From contig OZ024741.1 of the NCBI GenBank assembly GCA_964016885.1, positions 49,166,001-49,230,000 of the forward strand: 64,000 nt of DNA, written 5' to 3'. A program made the position numbers and the translations under genes. The notes beneath the pieces are model-generated. The model was not told the DNA's origin, did no database searches, and saw nothing but the letters and a program-made list of their open reading frames with translations. This document shows, in pieces, positions 54,886-64,000 of the stretch. Source of the stretch: Eledone cirrhosa (taxonomy: Eukaryota). Position 1 is the first letter of the stretch, and each line of letters opens with the position of its first letter.

Positions 54886-55169
54886 ATATATCGTTGTATG
54901 AGGCGAATAAAGAAATTATTTTATATTAATTTTTAATTATGGTCTGAGTACGAGTGTATTATTTATGATTGCATTCTTCTGGAACTAACGATGTTGGTAC
55001 TTGTTTAAGCCAATAGCACTGATACGACCCGATCTTCTCTACAGATAATTAATTCTCGGTTAATCTAATTCTGATTACTAAATGGGATGGGACAACACAA
55101 CAACGATAAAATGTCACGAAACATATTTACGCGAGTTCATTCACATATCAATAACATTCGCTCACTGTG

Positions 55170-55485
55170 CTGTGGCTCTCCGTCAGTTCCGACGACGATG
55201 AATGTTGTCTGACCAACAGAACAACCTGTTCATGAAATTAACGTGTAAGTGACTGAGCATTCCACAGACACGTGTGTGAAAAAGCCGGCCCTTTGAATTA
55301 CAGGGACAATCCATCACCCGACGGTCTTCTAAACCGCTTCCCTCAATCCAATTTCACTCACAAGTCATCAGTCCGTCCCAGGCCATGGTAAATAACACTT
55401 GCCCAATATGCCATGTAATGCGATCGAACCTGGGACTTTAATATCTCGAAGCGAACTCCTTAAGCATCCAATCATTGCTGCATCC
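55170..55485 (-). mobile_element. SINE family 2 variant
   Basis: GTGACTGAGCATTCCACAG body; tRNA-like head at the right end. Confidence 0.7.
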
Positions 55486-55746
55486 GCATTCGTTAAGCGT
55501 AGAGTGATGTTGTCAACTAAAAGGGGCGACTCTGCGTGACTTACCGTTTAACTTCATGAAAATGTTCAGAAAGTAAGGAACACAATCCTTGGGAAAAGTA
55601 GGGTCTTCTGTACAATAATGTGAACGAGATAGAAGTAGAAACCTATTTTACTGATAGTCAATATAAACCAGTCAAAGGGAGTTACATTTGCATCAGGTAA
55701 GAGAGACCTCACATCCGAATTCGAATTTGAAACCGTCATATATACC

Positions 55747-56025
55747 CAGAGGCATAACTAGAGAAAATAGCGCCTATGGCAAGCAGTGAAATTGTGCCCC
55801 TACCCAGCACTGTATTTTTACCAATCGGCCAAACAATTTATATAAATGGTGTAATGATCCAGCCATGATAATCAGAGATAGGTCATACATCTGACGGAGT
55901 TTTTTTTTCGCTCTCCGACGAGGCGTATTTGACTTTAATAGAAAGTGCTCCTAGTCCAAGTGGCGCCCCCTTCATGTGGAGCCCATGGCACGTGCCACGT
56001 TTTCCATACCCTAGTTACGCCTCCG
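55747..56025. mobile_element. hAT-like MITE
   Basis: TIRs CAGAGGCATAACTAG / CTAGTTACGCCTCCG; TSD TATATACC/TATCTACC (7 of 8). Confidence 0.8.
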
Positions 56026-56144
56026 TATCTACCCATACAAAAACAACACAGTTTAAGATTTAAGATCAAAACAGTAATTCTATATATGTTATATATATTA
56101 TACAGCTATAAATATATTGTAAAATTCAAGTTATTATTCCAGGA

Positions 56145-56458
56145 CTTGCGTCATTTCCGACGACGAGTATTCCAGTTGTTCGATCAACAGAACATCTTGC
56201 TCATCAAGTGAACATGGAAGTGACTGAGCATTCCACAGATTTCCAAGGAGATTCACCGTGACACAGTGTGTGACAAGGCTGGTTCTTTGAAGTACAGTCT
56301 ATCCGACGGGCTTCCATACAGTTTCCGTCTACCTAGTTTCACTCTCATAGTATGGTTTGACACAAGGTAAATGACACTTGCTTCAGACGTCACTCAGTGG
56401 GATCGAACCTGGGTCCTAATGATTGGGAAATGAACTCCTTAACTATTCAGCCATGCTA
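56145..56458 (-). mobile_element. SINE family 2 variant
   Basis: Similar to 55170-55485 and 3437-3762. Confidence 0.7.
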
Positions 56459-56504
56459 TGTCCACAAATAAATTATAATAATTAAATAGCATGGCAAATT
56501 GAGA

Positions 56505-56748
56505 GACCACAGCTCCGATATTATGGGTATGTGGTTAGAATGTCTCAGGTAAGAACCGCTGGACAGATTTTACGAGCAAAACCAACCAACAGGAGACCCA
56601 GGGGTAGACCCCAAGTAAGATGGTTGGATAACATCAATGGGCATGGCTGGTCTCGCTTGGGGATCCAGCCAAATCAGTTGGAGACTGAAGGACCCGCTTG
56701 AGAACTCTGCGCATACGACCCTCTCAGGAATAAGTGGGCGAAGAAGAA
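56505..56748 (+). mobile_element. RTE 3' fragment with GAA tail
   Basis: QLRYYGYVVRMSQ...ILRAKPTNRRPRGRPQVRWLDNI. Confidence 0.85.
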
Positions 56749-57602
56749 ATTAAATGACAAACTTACTCTATTTTTGTTGAATTAATAGACTTGCCGTTTT
56801 ATTTCTTGATTTCGATGCATTAAACTCGTCATACAAGAATTTTGCTTAAAAACTATTTTCCTCATAAATAATATTGACCGAACGAATCCGATTATTACTA
56901 ATACATTACTGATAGTAATAATCTAATGCTAATGATTCACATTAAATCAAAATGGAACTTTTAAATAGATAAGGAAAATTTATCGTATACAGTCTCTAAG
57001 TTAATCTTATGCCATCGAACAAAATTATAACACACGCAGCAAATTTAAACTAATATAATCACATTTACAACGTTAGACCACAAACATAAATTTATATTAT
57101 ATTAAGAATGTGTATCAGGTGAGAATATTTAATTTGTGCATCTTAGTTTCTTAAATTAAGATGCTATATATTAGCTAATTTGAGTAATGGTTGTAGCTTT
57201 GTGTTTTTAGGTTTGGTTTGAAACATAAACAAGATCTAAGGAAGAAAATGTCCACTCATTCAAATTTGCTGCTGGGTTATTTTTGGCTTGTGGAATTACC
57301 GCACATGTAGTTAACATCAACATTTAAAAGAGAATTGAATGATAGAAGGTAATTGTAGATTTCTGGTACTCGGGGACTTTTGCCAGTTCCCAGATATTCC
57401 TCAATAAAGGTTACTTCAACGCGGATTGGCCATTCAAACATATCATACATTTCTGGATATTTGAGGAATGGAGCCTTATTTGCGGGTTTTGTAACTGCAG
57501 AATCCATGGGAACGAAGTGAATTCTAGTATAATTTACCACGTTTCAATCGTCTTCCAAGCTTAACCCTTTGTAAAACGTCGGCTAGCAGCTAAATAATAA
57601 AT

Positions 57603-57807
57603 AATGATTTCTACTATAGGCAAAAGGACAGCAAATTTGGGGTAGAGAAAAGTCAATTAAATCGACCCCAGTGCGTGACTGGTACTTTATTTTATCGACC
57701 CCGGAAGGATGAAAGGCAAAGCTAAACTCGGCGGGATTTGAACTCAGAACCCAAAGGGACGTAACTCTATGCCACAAAGCATATTGTCCGACGCTCTACC
57801 GATACAA
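57603..57807 (-). mobile_element. SINE family 1 with a probable 12-bp TSD (AAATAATAAATA)
   Basis: Boxes, core and tail; flanking direct repeat. Confidence 0.88.
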
Positions 57808-58204
57808 AATAATAAATATCGAAAACTTTGTATTTATTTTGACACCTCTACCGTGCTAGCTTATTTATAAAGATTGTTCCTTCAAATAAGTAGATTCATG
57901 AAAATAATTTTAAGTCGATATTGGTGGAATACGCATCAAGTAAACCAACCGGTTTCATTTCTCCACATCCTTCTGCTAGCTGATCTAGTCTCCCAATGAT
58001 AAGAGTTCAATTTTTATAATTATTTTATTTACGGATATTTTTTGCTGGATTATTTTTTTTACTGTTCTGATTCCTCAATGGCTGGTTCGATTTGCAATTT
58101 TATAAGAAAGATCAATTTAACTATATTTCACAAATGTCAGCTTTGTTGGCCTTTTTAAGTATGCCTCCAAAAGCGTTGTAGAATCTTTTTATTCCACAGA
58201 AATT

Positions 58205-58700
58205 ACTTAGACTTAGACTTAGAAGCTCCCGTGTCTTGAGACACATGAGGCAGCCAAAGTGTTCCAATGACCACGGTCAGTTGCATCTATCAATACATCC
58301 CGTGTCTTGAGACACATGAGGCAGCCAAAGTGCTCCAATGACCACGGTCAGTTGCATCTATCAATACATCCCGTGTCTTGAGACACATGAGGCAGCCAAA
58401 GTGCTCCAATGACCACGGTCAGTTGCATCTATCAATACATCCCGTGTCTTGAGACACATGAGGCAGCCAAAGTGCTCCAATGACCACGGTCAGTTGCATC
58501 TATCAATACATCGTTCCAACTTTTGTTAACGAGTTTCAGGTCTTAGTCAATTGTCTGCCGCCAGTTTATTATGGAACATCCTCTTCGCCTCTTTCCACGG
58601 TGCGACCCATTCTACTGTTAATTACACCTGCTTCCTTCTTTCTTTCTGCTCGGGAATTTTTTTCAAATGAGTTACAAAGTTGTTGTTTCAACTAAATAGA
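58205..58700 (-). mobile_element. RTE 3' end with (TCTAAG)n tail and a quadruplicated 71-bp terminal segment; continues at 63128-63300
   Basis: Units start at 58228, 58299, 58370 and 58441; ACTTAG x3 tail; ..GRTVERGEE.VP RTE-like remnant. Confidence 0.75.
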
Positions 58701-58838
58701 TTGTTCTAGAACAGAGGTTCTCAAATGTTTGTGGCCACGTTATACCCTGAGCGCTCCCCAAACCTATTTCCAGAGAGATCTGCCTACATGCAAATTGTAA
58801 ATAATATATAATAAATAGAATCGTTAATTTATATATAA

Positions 58839-58986
58839 CTAGCTGAGGTACCCAGCTTCGCCAAGGTTAACAAATGATAAGAGAAGACCGGCAGAAGAGA
58901 AAACGTCTGTATTGAATGCATTGTCTTGTTTACAGTGTGTGTGTATTGTGTGTGCGTGTGTGTGTGTATGTTTGTGTGTGTTTGTG

Positions 58987-59066
<80 letters not shown>

Positions 59067-62000
59067 TGTGAGTGTGTGTGTGTATATATATATGTGTGCC
59101 TGTGTGAGTGTTCGTGTGTGTGCGTGTGTGTGTAAACCACCGTTGGAATCGGAGACATAGGCCGCGAAACAATATCATCACTAACAACGAACTCGCAGAG
59201 AGAATCCCTTATGGTTGACTCCCAACCTGCTGGAAATAGAAGTCAGGTTGGTTAGCATACGTGGTAAGTCTTTCTTCTTCTTTGGTGTTATAAAATTAGT
59301 ATCAATAAACTTTCCTGGATATACTCTTATCCCAATCCTGTACATACTTTCCGATTGTCACTTTTCGTTTTTTTTCGTGTGATACGCGAAGGAACCAACC
59401 AACAAACATTTCTTTTTTATATCTCATTTATTTGTTCATTCAAAATATTTTTCAGCTAATTCTGTCGTACAATATACATCAGCAATCGTTATCTAATGTT
59501 TAAAACATATGAATAGCTGCGATATATGTACCATATCAATCAAAAATGATATGAGAATTGAATACCATACTAAAGCGCCAGTAAGCTTGCTAAGAACCTG
59601 CAGATAGAAATGTTAATAAATACAACATTTGGCTTGGGTAAACTTTAAGATGTTCTTTCATTGTAGGTTTCTTTTCTCAGCCAGTACGTTAAAGAAAATT
59701 GATAGTTACAACAATAAAGGTTGAACAGAGAACACATTTTTTAACAAACTTTACAATCAGCCACCCACTGATCTCAGACCCATACCCCCGCCCGACCCCC
59801 ACCTGCTCCTTGTGGCTACTGATGCAGATATCATGTCCGCCATCAGGTCCTTCCCAGCTAGCAGCTGCGGAGGTGTTGATGGTCTCCGACCAGGCCACCT
59901 CAAGGAGTTGACATCCCCCCTCTCCGCTGAGGCAGGGCGCCGCCTTCTGAGTGCAATTGTGGCGCTCACCAATAGGCTCATTCATGGTGCCCTCGACCCT
60001 TACGCCCGAGGCCTCTTTTTTTCGGCCAGCCTCACCGCTCTCAGGAAGAAAGAGGGTGGCATACGCCCCATTGCTGTGGGCAATGTTTTTCGGAGTCTGG
60101 CTGCCAAGGTGATCTGCAAGTCCGTCACACACGAACTGGGTGAGGAGTTTAGTCCGGTGCAACTGGGTGTCGGCGTGTCCGGTGGCTGTGAGGGAGCCTC
60201 TCATGCAATCAGGCAGTTCTTCAGCAGCTGCCTATCGGTACCGGCATCCAGGGACTCCAGGCACCTCATTGTCAAGCTTGACATGAGGAATGCCTTTAAC
60301 TCTTTACGCTGGGATCATCTGCTTGAGGCCTGCCTCAGCTGAGCCCCCTCTGCCTACCCGCTGGCCTACCTGTCATATGGAGCCTCGAGCATGCTCCTAG
60401 CTGTTGATACGGTCATACCCTCGGCTACTGGGGGTCCAACAGGGCGACCCTTTAGGACCCCTCCTGTTCGCCCTTGGTATTGACCACATCGCCCGGAGTA
60501 TCACGGCCCCTCTCAACGTTTGGTATCTGGATGATGCTACGTTAGGCGGGCCCGTACGGACGGTCTGCCAAGACCTTCAATCGGTGATTCCTGCCCTGGC
60601 GGGAATCTGCCTCCAGGTCAACTCGGCCAAGTCGGAGGTGGTGAACGTCAGCCTCGATGCTGTGAGCTTTGCAGCCTACGTCTTGGACGTGCGGTCCATT
60701 CTCCGCCAGGTTCATGTGACCCCCAAAGAGGATGTCCTCATCCTCGGGTCACCGATCCACCCGCCGGCCATCCGCTCCACCATCAGGTCCAGGCTTCAAC
60801 ACCTCCAGACTCTCACGAGCCGACTGGGCTTGATTGACGGCCACCCAGCTCTCTTTCTGCTGAGGAACTGCTTCACCATGCCGAAGCTCCTCTATACACT
60901 CCACAGCGCTCCATGCTACACCCAGACATCTCTCCTCGCTGACCTCGATAATTGTATCCGATCAGCAGCCGAGGGGATATGCAACGTCAAGTTTGACGAC
61001 ATAGGGTGGCAACAGGCCACTTTACAGGTCAGGAATGGTGGCCTAGGCCTCCGGTCCCCGATCTCACTAGCTTTGCCGGCGTATCTTTCGTCGGTAACCT
61101 CGTGCTGCGTCCTCGTCAGGAGGGTTCTTCAAAACACAACAGAACCCTCTGTGTTCAGAGAACGTGAGGTCGCCTGTGAGACGTGGAACCGGCTGGGACT
61201 TAGCCCAGTAGACGTCCCTCCTCCTTCTCCCCCTGTTGACGTCAAGTCCCCCCAACGCACTTGGGATGCCATCCAGTGCAGCCTGGCCTCAGATAGGCTC
61301 ACGCGCCAGCTCGACCAGCACTGCCTTGCTTGTTTTCGTGCGGCCTCCAAACCCCACAGTGGTGCCTGGCTCCATGCTCTGCCCTCCTTCTCCACTGGCA
61401 CACAGCTAGACAACCATAGCCTGCGAATCAGCGTTTCCCTGAGGTTCGGCCTCCGGATCTGCCAGCCACACCAATGTCGCTGCGGTTCCACCGTGGACTC
61501 TTTCGGCCTCCACCCACTTGCCTGTCGCCACAGTGCCGGACGCATTCCACGCCATACTGCCCTCAACGAGGTCATTAAGCATGGCTTGGACGCTGCAGGC
61601 TTCCCTTCCCAGCTCGAGCCGGTGGGGCTGGATCGAGGGGACGGCAAAAGGCCAGATGGCATGACCATCTTCCCGTTCCGCGGTGGCAAACCCCTCGTCT
61701 GGGATGCCACTTGCACCGACACTTTCTGCAGCCGCAGCCTGGTGCAGTCTGCGACTGACCCAGGTTCTGCTGCACGTCGGGCTGAGGGGGCCAAACTCCT
61801 CAAATACCGGTCGCTCTCCGACAGGTTTGCGGTCGTTCCCCTGGCAGTGGAAACTTCTGGTGTCCTCGGCCCCAGTGCTACCTCCTTACTCACCACCATA
61901 GGCGCTGAGCTGGACAGCCGTAGGTGTGAGCCCCGCGAGTTGGAGTGGCTTTTCCAGCGCGTTTCCCTTGCCGTCCTCCGGGGAAACGCCTTCTCCATTC

Positions 62001-62915
62001 TGTCCGCCGGGGCTGTGGGTGGGCCCCATCACGTACCATTACATTAGTTAAATACTATTCTTTCATCCCACAACAATAAATATTCTGGTATATATACCAA
62101 TCAGCTATTTGTTCAACCATAATGGAAATTCCAAGTAACAGAAAATACATAAATTACATTGTTAGAGCCTCAGAGTATACAATATTTATTTGTTCGGCCC
62201 TCGGGAGCAAAGATGAAGAGATTGTTTGGCGAGCTCACCCTAGAGCATCCTACATACAATTGACCATGGTTTTCCCAGATGAAGGCCAGCCACTTTTAGG
62301 GTTTGACCCTGAGCTTTGTTGATGGCAATCGCGAGGCTTAGTCTCTCTGTTGCTCTAGTAACATTTTTTCTTCTGGAAAATCTGATCTTGCGGCCAGGTT
62401 AGGACTTTTTGGGTGGCATATCGGCAGTAACAATGACGATAAGCCGTCTGTGCTTTCGTGAAATAAATACGTTTGTTTATATTTTGTTTTTGTGTATACA
62501 AAAATATCTGTACACGAATATATAATTATATATATTAAAATAACAGATTAAAGTGTAAGCAAAGAATCGCTGCTTTCACCCTTAACGGGATCTTCTGAAA
62601 CTAAAAAATCAATCTGTGAACGCAGCAGTAAATATTTCGAAAAACGTTGCAACCGAAAGAAAACAAGAAGATGATACTTTGGTTCGTGAAGACGTTAGGA
62701 ATGTCGTATACCCAGAAGTGTTGACATTTGAAAATTTTAAAGAAGTGACTATTTAAATAATGTCTTTAATCTTTTAACAAAATTCAGTAGACGAAAATAC
62801 CCTCACTTTTTTACTTGGAAAAAGTTACATCCACGGTGCAAATTTGATGCCGTTTGGTCCAGCCGTTTGGCGGAAAGTTTGTTACCTACATACGGCTGTC
62901 AGCTTTATAGTATAC
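58839..62915 (-). mobile_element. Non-autonomous Helitron, interrupted by a CRE LINE
   Basis: Minus-strand 3' end: hairpin ACCTTGGCGAAGCTGGGT then CTAG|T; 62455-62650 matches the 22141-23740 Helitron; 62710-62790 matches 32075-32170. Confidence 0.65.
59770..62047 (+). mobile_element. CRE-like non-LTR retrotransposon, RT + CCHC + restriction-like endonuclease (TGA at 60340, +1 frameshift near 60430)
   Basis: S.GGVDGLRPGHLKE, GGIRPIAVG, QLGVG..GGCE, KLDMRNAFNSL, GVQQGDPLGPLLF, WYLDD, GGLGL, CRCG..H...C, RPDG, WDAT. Confidence 0.95.
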
Positions 62916-63405
62916 ATAAGTAATATAATATATACTATGTATAAATAAATATTATATATTTTTTATTTTACTACATTTATATATAATATGTATAATTTGA
63001 TATTTAATATACTATTATATCATCTCTACTCTCCACCACACCCCCTTAGCCCCAGCGTACCCTGAACCTTCTCAACGCCCCTTGGGGGTAGTTGCACCCA
63101 CTTTGAGTGAGAACTTCTGTTCTAGAACGTTGACATTAATTTTCTCCGTAAGAGTAGCTAGTTTTTCGTTAAGGTTACGCACTTCGTTTAGGATTTCATC
63201 ATTAAGTACTATATTTGGTCGGTTTTGAGTGGTATTTCCAAAAGTTGCATGGCTTAACTATTGAAAGAATAGATGATATTTGTTCACACAAGTCAGACAA
63301 TATAGAACAAAATAAAGACATATCTAATAGTATATAGCTTATAACAATGTTATCATCAACAGTAGTAACTTTAATCGTCTTTCTGTTTCTTTGCTATTCA
63401 TATAA

Positions 63406-63465
<60 letters not shown>

Positions 63466-63576
63466 CGGGTAAAATTCCCGAGATCCATGAACGAGTTCTC
63501 TCCAGCGGTCTCTGTCCCTCATTATCGCTGCCATGTCCTGCGTCTCCAACAGACCAGTGTCTGGGAGCCCCTACAT

Positions 63577-63652
<76 letters not shown>

Positions 63653-63764
63653 ATAAATATATATATATATATATATTTATGAATAGACCTGTTATTTTTA
63701 TCTAAAGACATTTTTTCCAATTCCATCCCGCCCATTCCTTCAATCTATCTAATTTCTCATTCTT

Positions 63765-63800
63765 TCTTCTGATGAAGGACTAGCGTCCGAAACGTTAAGA
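63765..63800 (+). ncRNA. Minimal hammerhead in an isolated PLE terminus
   Basis: CTGATGA-AGGAC(TAGC)GTCC-GAAA-CGTTA-AGA; the downstream tail resembles 34395-34470. Confidence 0.72.
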
Positions 63801-64000
63801 CCCTCTTCCTGCTATTTCAAGCGTTAACCTAATATATTCCTCCCATATACTGTACCGATTGTGTTGTTATTTCTGTTTCCCTTTTACATATATACATACA
63901 TATACATATATATATATATGCATACATACATATTTACACCCACACACATTCATGTTGCCGTGCAGCCGAGCCTTGCGGCGACAGTTAACTATCTGTAGCA

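Larger units (their letters stand above)
58712..63119. mobile_element. hAT (Charlie-type) MITE expanded to 4.4 kb by nested insertions
   Basis: TIRs CAGAGGTTCTCA / TGAGAACTTCTG; perfect 8-bp TSD TTCTAGAA at 58704-58711 and 63120-63127. Confidence 0.85.

Noticed and set aside
58228-58511. CRISPR-like regular repeat
   Set aside because: No unique spacers, no cas genes, and a eukaryotic context.

Overview
This window is eukaryotic, AT-rich, intergenic or intronic DNA with no host gene I can support. An octopod cephalopod origin is my inference from the extreme (TA)n/(CA)n load and the SINE/RTE repertoire. It is almost entirely mobile elements and simple repeats. LINEs: one near-complete RTE LINE (APE-RT plus three C-terminal C2H2 fingers, a single nonsense codon) with non-autonomous derivatives, and CRE-like LINEs with a restriction-like endonuclease. 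Penelope-like elements (PLEs): five coding remnants with GIY-YIG endonucleases. Other elements: Helitrons, hAT and mariner MITEs, and two tRNA-derived SINE families. The main hidden signal is about 15-20 type I hammerhead ribozyme (HHR) motifs from about a dozen distinct families. They sit in PLE termini and in fold-back insertions inside (TA)n tracts. They include U3-A8 covariant cores, very long stem II arms and a 467-nt non-coding tandem unit resembling a retrozyme. All structures were read by eye, and none has been computed or tested.
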